Position numbers and translations under genes: made by a program. The notes below the pieces were generated by a model that made no database searches, was not told the origin of the DNA, and saw only the letters and a program-made list of their open reading frames with translations. A stretch of DNA of 64,000 bases, taken from positions 323,421 to 387,420 of the forward strand of contig CAWCYD010000002.1 of assembly GCA_963799775.1 (NCBI GenBank), in the 5' to 3' direction. Of this stretch, positions 30,729 to 40,527 are shown piece after piece; the stretch's first letter is position 1, and each line of letters opens with the position of its first letter. The DNA comes from an uncultured archaeon (GTDB lineage Archaea; Thermoproteota; Nitrososphaeria; Nitrososphaerales; Gagatemarchaeaceae).

Positions 30729-31457
30729 TCAGCCAGCTGAGCTCATCCCAGGAGCGGCTGGTCCCGCGGCCTCTTTTGCAGTTGAGGGCTCGGGAGTCGC
30801 GACGACGCCGGGCGACCGGCGGTTGGCGAAAGTGTACACCGCTACGAGGTAGACCAGGAACAGCGGAATCAAGATGAGGTCGTCAAGCGGTGTCACCGCC
30901 TCGCCGAGCCAGAATGTCGCAAAGGAGAACAGGAGCGCTGAGACTGCTATCTTCATGTCTGCTTGCTTGACCTTCCTTACGTGGTCGCGGAGGATGTAGG
31001 TCGAGACCACGACGATGCCGATCCCGGTGGCCATCCCAAAGACGGTGGGCTGGAACCCGTTGGGGAGCAGGCCGACGAGGACTATCGCGGCCTCGAACGC
31101 CTCTACCGCGCCCACGGAGAACGCGGTCGCCATCGTGCTCCTTTCAAAGTGCTCTTGGAAGGTCACCCCCTTTCTAGCGTTCAGCACCGCCCTCCTCGCG
31201 CTCCTCGCCAGTCTTTGCCCAAAGTAGAGGAGAAGGACGCCCGCCGTGAGTTTGACGACGACATCAGGCAGCAGGGTTATCAAAGCGCCGAGAGCGAACA
31301 TGGGGATGAAGACGACCACAGTCCCGAGGGCCGCGTAGAGGTAGACTGCGTCTTTTCCCGAGTGAGAGTGCAGGGCCAAGGCGACTGCGCTGGTCTCGAC
31401 CAGCTCGAGGGTCGTGATCCCCAGGGCAGCCAAGAATATCGCCGACTCTGAGATCAA
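30729..31457 (-). CDS. COG4280-like membrane protein (two ExxE repeats; putative cation transporter)
   Basis: TLELVET and AVEAFEA internal repeats, FATFWLGE. Confidence 0.75.
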   Translation of the reverse strand: MISESAIFLAALGITTLELVETSAVALALHSHSGKDAVYLYAALGTVVVFIPMFALGALITLLPDVVVKLTAGVLLLYFGQRLARSARRAVLNARKGVTFQEHFERSTMATAFSVGAVEAFEAAIVLVGLLPNGFQPTVFGMATGIGIVVVSTYILRDHVRKVKQADMKIAVSALLFSFATFWLGEAVTPLDDLILIPLFLVYLVAVYTFANRRSPGVVATPEPSTAKEAAGPAAPGMSSAG

Positions 31458-31496
31458 GACGTCTCGCAGGACGACTCTCGAAATATAAAATGTAAC

Positions 31497-32033
31497 CTAG
31501 TTGTGCTTCCGCTGGTTGTACTTCTCGAAGGCTATCTTGAACCACGGGGTGTAGCTCTCGGGGTTCTTCGCCATGTCTGAGGCAAGCTCGTCCATCGTCA
31601 TGTACTTGATCTCCATGACCTCGTCGGGGTCAGGCCGAGGCTGGCCTTCTAGCTTCCCCAACAAGAGCACGCAGAACTCGTTCTCGGAGTAGTCCCCGAA
31701 CTTGGCCCAATACGTGTAGTCGAGCTCTCTCTCGAGCTTCTTCACGTCCACGTTGAGCTCCTGCTTCGACCTGCGTATCCCTGCCCCTTCGTAGGTCTCG
31801 CCCTTGTAGACGTGGCTCGTGACTGAGACGTCCCAGTAGCCTGGCCAGAGCTTCTTCTTCATGCTTCTTCTCTGGAGGAGCATCCTCCCGCTCTTGTCGT
31901 AGAGGAAGACGACGAAGGCCCTGTGCCTCCGCCCCATACCCTTGTGACAATTCTCCCTTGTGTCTAGGCCCAGCTCGTTGTCGTTGTCGTCAACTAGCAC
32001 GAGCCATTCGACCGGCGGTTGCCCTCCGCTCAA
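31497..32033 (-). CDS. idi: isopentenyl-diphosphate delta-isomerase, type 1
   Basis: LVLVDDND, CH...HRAF, LLQRR...KLWPGYW, ENEFC, PDEV, TPWF. Confidence 0.85.
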   Translation of the reverse strand: MSGGQPPVEWLVLVDDNDNELGLDTRENCHKGMGRRHRAFVVFLYDKSGRMLLQRRSMKKKLWPGYWDVSVTSHVYKGETYEGAGIRRSKQELNVDVKKLERELDYTYWAKFGDYSENEFCVLLLGKLEGQPRPDPDEVMEIKYMTMDELASDMAKNPESYTPWFKIAFEKYNQRKHN

Positions 32034-32074
32034 CGGGCGTTGGCCCGCTTTTCTGGCGTAATAAACCGTTTTCG

Positions 32075-32608
32075 CTAACTGGGCCCTCCTCTCCGGATCA
32101 CGTATAGATGGACGTTCTCCACGGACCGCTCGGGGCTCAAGTGAGGAAAACGGTGCTCGACGGAGACGACCCTGCCACCGTCAGGCATCTGCTTTGACAC
32201 CATCTCCTCGACCCTCCGCATTATGAGTGGAGTGAGGAACATGAAGACCTTAGAGGCCTCTCTGAGGTCCATGTCCAACAGGTTCCCCCTCACGACCCTG
32301 ATGCTACCGGCGACGCCGTTTCTTCTCGCGCTCCACACCGTAACAAGCTTCCGGAGCGGATCGATTTCCACGCCTATGACAGAGACGCGATATTGCTTCG
32401 CGAAGAAGATGACGGCCCTTCCAAATCCTGATCCTAGGTCGTAGACCGTGTCGCCCTCCTTGAGCTCGAGGAGGGATGCCGCGGCATCGAGTTGCCTCTT
32501 CGAGGTGGGAGAGTAGCCCGCTCCCCAGATCAATCCGGACAAAAAGAGGTAGGCGATGAAGGCTGCGACGGCGTAGAGCACCAAAGCCGCCACCAGATTT
32601 GGCGCCAA
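32075..32608 (-). CDS. membrane-anchored class I SAM methyltransferase
   Basis: N-terminal TM helix, GAGYSPT, YDLGSGFGR, GVEID. Confidence 0.82.
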   Translation of the reverse strand: MAPNLVAALVLYAVAAFIAYLFLSGLIWGAGYSPTSKRQLDAAASLLELKEGDTVYDLGSGFGRAVIFFAKQYRVSVIGVEIDPLRKLVTVWSARRNGVAGSIRVVRGNLLDMDLREASKVFMFLTPLIMRRVEEMVSKQMPDGGRVVSVEHRFPHLSPERSVENVHLYVIRRGGPS

Positions 32609-32657
32609 CGCATGGTGGAGTGCGTTTAGAGGTATAAGTGGCTGGGCTAGGTCGGAC

Positions 32658-33396
32658 TCAGTGCTGACCCGAGGCCTCGCGGTGTCTTGATGCCCTTCGT
32701 CCCTGCAGGAACTCCTTGACTTCTTCAGCCACCTCCTTCTTCTTGCCGAAGAAGAACAAGTGCCCTCCGTCAAAGGTGACCATCTCGGAGCCTGGGATTC
32801 TGTCGTGCATCTCTTGCGCCAGAGCATATGGCGCGAACCTGTCTGTCTTTCCATGGAGTATCAGGGTCGGCACCTTGATCTCAGCCAATCTCGAGGTCGC
32901 GTCGTAGGTTCGCGACGCCTTGAGCTGATGCGAATACGCGTAGCTCGGCTGAGGATACTTCTTGACTTGGCCCTAATCTCCTGGGAACCTCGAGCATTGC
33001 TAACAGCAGGCTCCGCCCCATAGACCTCGGCACTCGGGCGCTCGTCGAGAGAAGGACCAGGCTCTTCACGAGCTCCGGGTGTTGAAGCGTCAGGGCCATC
33101 GCGATTCGGCCTCCGAGCGAGATCCCCACGACATTTATCGGCCCGCCCGCCAAGGTCTCGACCAATCCCGCTGTGTCCTCGGCCATCATCTCGACGGTGT
33201 ACGGAGCATCTGGTTTGTCGCTTCGACCGGCACCTCTGTTATCAAAAGCGATGACGCGAAATGTCTGTGAGAGTTCGGAGGTGAGGCCCTCCAGAGCCGT
33301 CAAGTCGATTGAGAGGCCTCCGACCAATAGGATCCTCTCACCCTCCCCGTGGATCTCGTAGTAGACGCTGATTCCGTTGGACCGAAGAGAGGGCAC
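32658..33396 (-). CDS. alpha/beta hydrolase (frameshift near 32970)
   Basis: YYEIHGEG, FDNRGAGRS, GISLGG, PTLILHGKTD, GGH. Confidence 0.88.
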
Positions 33397-33532
33397 TGAA
33401 ATCTTGACTCTCTGAGAAGCTTGAAATGCGTTTTCATTCCTGGAATCGTCGCGAAAACGTGTTGAGGAACGATGGTGGTGGCGAAGACCTCGGGCACCTG
33501 CTAGAACGAAGACAATCCTCGTTGCATCGGTC

Positions 33533-33994
33533 GTGCTTGTAGCGCTTCTCTTGTCTTTGGTCCTCTTCGCAACCCGTTCGCTGACCCTTACCTCGAACTC
33601 GCCCCAGTCCCTGGACAAGGTCTCAGTCTCAATCGGTGAACCCAATCTCTTCGGCTGCGGTGCGACTGACCCTGAGACTGGGGACTATGTGACCGAGTGT
33701 GTCAACGCATCGGTCTCCAGCTTATCGGGCAGTTCCTTTGCGCTGCATCTTTCTGCGTCATTTGCCAACTCTACCACTGGAGCGGCAGTGGGCAGCGGCT
33801 TCCAGTCGCAGGATTGCTTCGCTGCGCAAACCGAGTCAACCTGCCTGATTCTCGTCAGTCTCGAGACGGCGGGGGCCTACAACATGACGATCTCTGCGAC
33901 AGGCGCGGATGGGAAGACGATCCCCTCCTCGCCCACGAGCTGGACAGTAACCTACGGCCATAGCCTTGTGTCGGAAGGGATGGGAGGAGGATGA
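33533..33994 (+). CDS. secreted or membrane-anchored hypothetical protein (start uncertain)
   Basis: N-terminal hydrophobic helix; Ser/Thr-rich domain with four Cys. Confidence 0.55.
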   Translation: MLVALLLSLVLFATRSLTLTSNSPQSLDKVSVSIGEPNLFGCGATDPETGDYVTECVNASVSSLSGSSFALHLSASFANSTTGAAVGSGFQSQDCFAAQTESTCLILVSLETAGAYNMTISATGADGKTIPSSPTSWTVTYGHSLVSEGMGGG

Positions 33995-34029
33995 TTCATG
34001 CGGTGACTCGAAGCATCTAGATTGTGATA

Positions 34030-34340
34030 CTACTCCGATGTCACGCTGGTCTATCGGATGTATCCAGGCGGAGCCCTGCACACTCAAGCACTTGCCCAAG
34101 GGGAGGAAGGATGTCCCCGAAGCGCGAATCCTCGCGTGCCGGTGTCCGACGAGACCCGATCAGATGGCGATAACCAAAGGAGGACTTCTCGGCATCGAGA
34201 AGACCGTTCTGACCGTCAGAGGGTTGGACGCGGTAGACAGGACTCCAATCATCGACATCAAACCGCATACGCCTCAGTACGACCTTCAGGGAAAGTCAGG
34301 GTTCCAAAGTGGGTCGGCCGTCTGGAATGCTGGCATCATC
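34030..34340 (+). pseudogene. trmO: decayed tRNA methyltransferase TrmO (TsaA) fragment
   Basis: ACRCPTRPDQ, LTVRGLDAVDRTPIIDIKPH, VRVPKW; conserved residues substituted and N terminus missing. Confidence 0.7.
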
Positions 34341-34376
34341 GCCTGGCGCACTTGCTCGAAACTCGAGCGCTTGTCG

Positions 34377-35018
34377 CTAGTTGTTGCTGGCGTAGCCTCT
34401 GTCTTCTAGGAACCTCAGGAACTCGTCTGACTCCGTGACCATCACATCGATCGAGCGCAGCAGAATCGCGTAAAAGAACTCCATCGCCTCGTGGCTTCTG
34501 TGGCAGTTGGGGCAGATGTTGACCTGCTTTGTCGGGAGATACTTTTGCAGCTCCTTCTTCTCGCTGAACTTCTCGTAGACCTCTCGGAGCGCCTTTGTGA
34601 TGGGCTGCCGCATCTCCTCGGTCGTGCTCTCCAGGACGCCGCTCACCTTCAGTATCATATCGAATTCTTGGTCAATCCCGTACTTTCCCCAAGTGCTCCT
34701 CTCGCAGACGTACCTCTTCCTCCTCTCTCCCTTACTCTTCTTGTCGCGCGGATACAGGAACACGAACTTGAGGCGGTAGAGCTCCTTGAGCGTTGAATAG
34801 ACCGCGGTCGCGGGTACCTTCTCCTTCTCGATGATGTCCTCGGCGGTAATCCCGCGGGCGCCGGCCTGCCGTATGCAGTCCATGATCCGCCAAGTCTCCT
34901 CCTTGGACAGAATGCCGGCTTCGAGATAGGACTTGACAGGAAAATGCGTCAGGTAGCTCTTTACCGCCTTTGTCTTTGATGACTGCAAAACAGGAAGAAG
35001 CAACCCTCTCCGAGCCAT
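34377..35018 (-). CDS. winged-HTH transcriptional regulator with C-terminal CPNCHRSHE motif
   Basis: GITAEDII...VPATAVYSTLKEL...RKRY wHTH pattern; divergent from the Ehr operon. Confidence 0.75.
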   Translation of the reverse strand: MARRGLLLPVLQSSKTKAVKSYLTHFPVKSYLEAGILSKEETWRIMDCIRQAGARGITAEDIIEKEKVPATAVYSTLKELYRLKFVFLYPRDKKSKGERRKRYVCERSTWGKYGIDQEFDMILKVSGVLESTTEEMRQPITKALREVYEKFSEKKELQKYLPTKQVNICPNCHRSHEAMEFFYAILLRSIDVMVTESDEFLRFLEDRGYASNN

Positions 35019-35081
35019 AAGCGTTTCGAGAAAACGAGAATCTCGGAATCCTGACTATTTCGCAGCGCCACAAATCGTTGG

Positions 35082-35115
35082 ATTCACGCAACAATGCGTG
35101 AATTTCCCGGAAATT
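35082..35115. promoter_or_regulatory. two overlapping inverted repeats in the divergent promoter
   Basis: ATTCACGCA-ACAA-TGCGTGAAT (35082-35103) and AATTTCC-C-GGAAATT (35101-35115); AT-rich TATA-like stretch near 35133-35143. Confidence 0.6.
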
Positions 35116-35249
35116 GAAAATTTGCGAAGACAATAATTAAATAGTAAATTCGGAGGCTGAGCGCTTCTCGGTTGGCCTGATGCCGCAATCTAATCTGGAG
35201 AGACTACAGCCAAGCGGCTATCGGCCTTCGAGGTAGGCTGCGGGAACAG

Positions 35250-37329
35250 ATGGAAATCGCCTTTGCGAATCCGTCGCTCCTCCTTGCGGGATTATCGCTC
35301 TATCTGGCCGGAGCACTCCTGCCTTTTCTCTTGCGCGGAAAGAGGGAGACTGCGGTAGCGGCCTTTCTCCCTGCGGCACTTGGCTCATCGCTCGTTGTCG
35401 CCTTCGCAGTCTCGGTCATCGTCTCCGGCTCCATAATTCGAATAGCGTCGCCCGTCACCGCGCCCATCGCAGCTCTGAACTTTTCGCTCTACATCGACGG
35501 CATCGCGGCGTTCTTCATGCTCATTATCGGTCTCGTCGCGCTATCGGTCTCGATCTATTCCATCGGCTACAGCGAGTCCTACTTTGGAAAACACAGCGTC
35601 CCGGCGATGGGGTTCCTCGTCAACCTCTTCGTAGTCTCGATGCTCCTCGTCACGGCGACTGACAGCGTGTTCTCGTTCCTGGTATTCTGGGAGCTGATGT
35701 CCCTGACCTCGTTCTTCTTGGTTGTCTACGAGCACGAGAAGCCGAAGAATCTCAGGTCGGGGATCAGCTACCTGATCATGACCCACATCGGGACGGCCTT
35801 CATCACCGCCGCCTTCCTCATTCTGTACCTGCAGACGGGGAGCCTGTCATTCGACTCTTTCAGGACCGGGGCGTCCCAGCTCGCACCCCTCACAAAGGAC
35901 GCCGTGTTCGTGCTCGCGCTGCTCGGGTTCGGGACGAAGGCCGGCCTGGTGCCGATGCACACCTGGCTTCCGAAAGCCCACCCTTCGGCCCCCAGCAACG
36001 TCTCGGCGCTCATGTCAGGGGTGATGCTGAAGGTCGCCATCTACGGGCTCGCCAGAGTCACTCTGGGTTTCGTCCTCCCCAACTCGCCTGGGGACGCCTG
36101 GCTCGGGCTGCTGATGGTGATAGCCGGTTCTGCGTCCGCCCTCTTCGGTGTCCTATTCGCCGCCGTCGAGCACGACATCAAGAGGGCGCTGGCCTACCAC
36201 AGCGTCGAGAACGTCGGGATAATCGTCGTAGGCCTCGGCCTTTCCGTGGTCTTCATGTCGTATGGGCTCGAGACTCTCGCCGCTCTCGCTCTGCTCGCCA
36301 GCATGTATCACTCCCTGAACCACGCCGTCTTCAAGGGCCTCCTTTTCATGGCGGCAGGATCGGTCGTCCTCGGCTCGGGGACCGGCGACATGAACCTGAT
36401 GGGCGGGCTCGCCAAAAGGATGCCTTGGACCAGCCTCTTCTTCCTTGTGGGGTCGATCGCTATAGCCGGGCTGCCTCCCCTCAACGGGTTCGTGAGCGAG
36501 TGGCTCACCTTGCAGGCCTTGCTGTCCTCCTACCAGGTGCCCCAACGTCGCTTTGCAGCTCTCAATCGCTTTCGCGAGCATAGTATTCGCCCTCACCCTA
36601 GGGCTGGCGCTCGCGACCTTCGTCAAGCTCTTCGGGATTTCGTTCCTTGCCAGGCCGAGGTCTACGGGGGCCGAGACCGCGACCGAGGCCTCCAATACGA
36701 TGCTCGCGGGAATGGGCCTCGCCGGGGGGCTCTGCGTGTTGTTGGGCGTGCTGCCCTTCGTGGCCACGTCCCTAATCTCGTCCTCGTTCGGCTTCGACAT
36801 GGGGCTGGTGAGCCAGTATCCTCCTTTCGGCCCGCTAACAGTGGGTTACGCGGCCGGAGGGCTGAGCTCCATTAGTGCGCTCTCTCCGCCGGAGGTCCTC
36901 GTCGCTGCTGCTTCGGTGGGCGCGGCCCTTGTGGGCTTCGTTGCGGTGGCGAGCCGCGGCAGGAAGACCACCGTCAGGCCCTACTCGACGTGGGAGGGCG
37001 GTTTCGGGCCGCTCGGCGTCCGGACCGAGTACACTGCCAGCTCGCTCTCCCAGCCGATCCGCACCGCCTTCAAATGGTTCTACAGGCCCCACACGAGCGT
37101 CCAGAGGACCTACTACTCCGATGCCAATCACATGGTGAGACGCTCGGTCTCCATCGTCTCGGAGACCAAGGAGGTCTTCGAGGACTACCTCTACTCGCCC
37201 ACGACCCATGCGGTCGTCTTCGTGATGGACAAGGTCCGAAAGATTCAGACGGGGAAGATTAACTCCTACCTCCTCTATGTGATGCTGGTAACGGCGGTCC
37301 TTTTGTTGGTGGCGGTGCTTCAGCCATGA
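35250..37329 (+). CDS. hyfB: HyfB-like antiporter subunit of a group 4 hydrogenase-related complex (frameshift near 36545)
   Basis: FWELMS, KAGLVPMHTWLPKAHPSAPSNVSALMSG, LAYHSVEN, PPLNGFVSEW, IQTGKINSYL. Confidence 0.9.
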
Positions 37330-38279
37330 CAACCAGTCTCGCCGTGGATGCCGCCGTCGCGGTGATGCAGGGGGTCGAGGTCTTTGCGCTCGCGCCCCTG
37401 CTCACAGGGATCATGAGGAAGGTGAAGGCCAGGACGCAGAAGAGGGTAGGCGCAGGCGTATTCCAACCGTACTTCGACCTCTTCAAACTCCTGCACAAAG
37501 ACGAGGTCGTCTCCGACCAGACCTCCTGGGTGTTCAGGTCAGCACCTTGGGTGGTCGCCATCTCCACGCTCACCGCCGCCCTCTTCGTGCCTGTCTTCCT
37601 TCCCTTCAGCCCGCTGAGCGCCTCTGGAGACTTCATCCTCGTCCTCGGCCTGTTCGCGCTGGCCCGGTTCTTCACTATGCTCGCCGGGATCGACGCCGCG
37701 AGCGCTTTCGGAGGGATCGGCACAAGCAGGGAGATGATGATGTCCGCCCTCGCGGAGCCTGGCCTGTTCGTCACCGTCTTCGTCGTCTCCCTCACGTTTG
37801 GGGGGACCAACCTCACAGGCCTGGTCGGGGCAGCAGCGAAGTCGGGAATCGTCATCACCCCCAGCATGCTCTTTGGCTTGATTGCGCTCTTCATCATCGT
37901 CCTCGCGGAGACGGGGAGGCTGCCCTTCGACAACCCCGCCACCCACCTGGAGCTGACGATGGTCCACGAGGCGATGCTCATCGAGTATTCTGGAAGGAGC
38001 CTCGCACTTGTGGAGTGGTCTCAGGCGACCAAGCAGCTGGTGCTGTTCGCGCTACTCGTCAACCTGTTCGTCCCGATAGGAATGCCTGCGTCGATCGGCG
38101 CGGGCCCCCTCCAGCTGGCCGCTGGCTCCTTCGCGGTCCTCGCAAAACTGGGCTCCCTCGCGGTCCTTGTCGCCTACGTGGAGACCAGGATCGCGAAATG
38201 GCGGCTCTTCAGGCTGGTCGACCTCTTCGCGCTGGCGATAGCGAGCGGCATGGTAGGTATGATCTTCTTCTACCTTTGA
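37326..38279 (+). CDS. hyfC: HyfC/HycD (NuoH-like) membrane subunit
   Basis: QPYFDLFKL, FGGIGTSRE, AETGRLPFDNPATHLELTMVHEAM, EYSG. Confidence 0.92.
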   Translation: MTTSLAVDAAVAVMQGVEVFALAPLLTGIMRKVKARTQKRVGAGVFQPYFDLFKLLHKDEVVSDQTSWVFRSAPWVVAISTLTAALFVPVFLPFSPLSASGDFILVLGLFALARFFTMLAGIDAASAFGGIGTSREMMMSALAEPGLFVTVFVVSLTFGGTNLTGLVGAAAKSGIVITPSMLFGLIALFIIVLAETGRLPFDNPATHLELTMVHEAMLIEYSGRSLALVEWSQATKQLVLFALLVNLFVPIGMPASIGAGPLQLAAGSFAVLAKLGSLAVLVAYVETRIAKWRLFRLVDLFALAIASGMVGMIFFYL

Positions 38280-38291
38280 TGGAGAGATGAG

Positions 38292-38964
38292 ATGACAACC
38301 CTCCTCAACGACCTGATAACGCTCTCCGCCGCGGGCCTGCTCATCGCCACCTTCGGGGTCGTGGTGAGGAGGAGCTTCATCGGCTGGGTGAGTGCGTATC
38401 GGTATCAGTCGGTGGTCCTCGCGGCGTCAACGGCGGTAGTGGGCTACTCGACCGGGTTCTGGGACATCTACGCCGCGGCGGTGCTCACGTTCGTCGTAAA
38501 GGCCGAGGTAATCCCCAGGCTCCTGGTAAGGGTGACCTCGGGTGTGGAGGGGGACCTCAAGATGGAGGCGAACCCATACGTCAGCATCAGACTGTCGGTC
38601 CTGATCTCCGCGCTGCTCGTGGCGCTCTCCTATGGCCTCGTAGGGCAAGTTCATCGCCTCCACGAAGCTGGACGTCCTCGCTCAAGCGTACCTCCCGGTT
38701 TCTGTCTCGCTGTTCTTCATCGGCCTATTCGCGATGGTCAGCAGGAGGACTGCGCTCAACCAGGTCGTGGGCCTTCTGATAATCGAGAACGGCCTCTTCC
38801 TTTTCACGACCGCGCTCACCCACGGAGTGTCTCTGATTATCGAGGTCGGGATACTTGCCGACGCGCTGGTCGGGGTAATGATCGCGGCCGTCCTTCTTAC
38901 CAGGATGAGCCAGACCTTCGACACCATGGATACAGGCAGTCTGGAGAAGCTGAAGGACGATTGA
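38292..38964 (+). CDS. hyfE: HyfE (NuoK-like) membrane subunit (frameshift near 38655)
   Basis: QVVGLLIIENG, IIEVGILAD, LEKLKD. Confidence 0.87.
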
Positions 38965-40527
38965 TGGTAATGTCAGGCTTCTATGCAGACTCCGTACTGG
39001 GCGCGCTTCCCTCAGGGTCGAACGCACTGATGCTGACCGTCCTGCTCACCCCTGCCGCGGCCGCCGCCATCGTCGCGGTCACGAGGAGAAAGCAGCTGGC
39101 GGAGGCGGCGACCCTGATCTCCGTCCTCCTTGTGGCCCTGCAGGTCGCAGGGCTGGTGGCCGGCGTGATTGCTGGAGGCGAGCTCTCTGCCTTCGGCGAC
39201 TTCCTGTCGCTGGACGCGTTGGGAGCCCTCGTGATGATCCCGATAGCCGGCGTAGGGTTCGTCGCGGCCCTCTACTCGATCAACTATATGGGGCGCCAAT
39301 ACGAGCGCGGCATAGTCGACGATAGGCACATCATCAGATACTATGCGGGCTTCAACGTCTTCGTCCTTACGATGATGGTCGTCCCCTTGGCAAACAACAC
39401 CGGGCTGATGTGGGTGGCCATCGAAGCGACGACTCTGGTCTCCGTCCTCCTGATAATGCTCTACACCACGGAGGGCGCCATCGAGGCCGCTTGGAAGTAT
39501 CTGATAATCGCCACGGTCGGGCTCTCACTCGCCCTCTTCGGGATTGTCCTCTTCTCCTACGCCTATTCGACGGCCTCTCCCTCTTCGGCTGGCTCGGCGA
39601 TGAACTGGACAGGGATGGCCGCCGACGCCAAAATGCTCGACCCTGCGATAGTGAGGGTGGCCTTCGTCTTCGTCCTCGTCGGACTGGGCACCAAGGCGGG
39701 CATCGCGCCGATGCACACCTGGCTCCCTGACGCCCATGGGGAAGCGCCGAGCCCGGTGAGCGCGCTCCTGTCGGGCGTGCTCCTCAACTGCGCCATCTAC
39801 GGTGTCCTTAGGTTCGACATAATCGCCTCCGGCACGCTGGGGCCTTCGTTCCCGAGCGAGCTGATGATAGGCCTCGGGCTGCTTTCGATGGGCATCGCGG
39901 CCGGGTCGGTGTACTTTGCGAAGGACATGAAACGCATGCTCGCATACTCGAGCGTCGAGCACATGGGGATAGTTTCCCTGGCCGTGGGCTTCGGTGGATT
40001 CGTAGGGCTGTTCGCAGCGCTATTCCACATCATCAACCACGCCATCGCGAAACCATTGATGTTCTTCGCGAGCGGCACTGTGAGCCAAAGATTCGGGACG
40101 AAGACGATGTCGGAGATAAGGGGAATAATCAAGGTCATGCCGATCACGGGCGCACTCCTACTCGTCGGCGGGCTGGCAATCGTGGGGATGCCGCCGTTCA
40201 ACATCTTCGTGAGCGAGTTCTTGGCGCTGACTTCGGGGTTCGCGGGCGGACAGGCTCCTGGCAGCCTCCGTGATGATTCTTCTCCTCGTGCTCGTCTTCG
40301 CGGGATTCATCAGGCAACTCGTCCCGATGGTCTTTGGGAGCCCTTGGTCAGGCAAGTCTGCCCCGCTGGGGAACGCGGAAGTTAAGGACGACATGGGTGC
40401 GTTAGCGATCCTCCCCATGCTTATCCTCGCTGCATTGGTGGTCATCCTCGGGTTCTACATGCCCCAGCCCCTCCAGACGCTGATTCGCGACGCGGTGCAG
40501 GTCGTGCAGGGGGCGCCTTCAGGCTGA
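38964..40527 (+). CDS. hyfF: HyfF-like antiporter subunit (frameshift near 40255)
   Basis: MWVAIEATT, EAAWKY, PMHTWLPDAHGEAPSPVSALLSG, KRMLAYSSVEHMG; TGATG overlap with hyfE. Confidence 0.9.

Noticed and set aside
34490-34520. CPNCH as a c-type heme attachment site
   Set aside because: Cytoplasmic regulator without export signal; a metal site is more plausible
38292-40385. HyfE-HyfF fusion in the ORF track
   Set aside because: Artefact of an indel in hyfE; a TGATG stop/start overlap at 38962-38966 separates the genes
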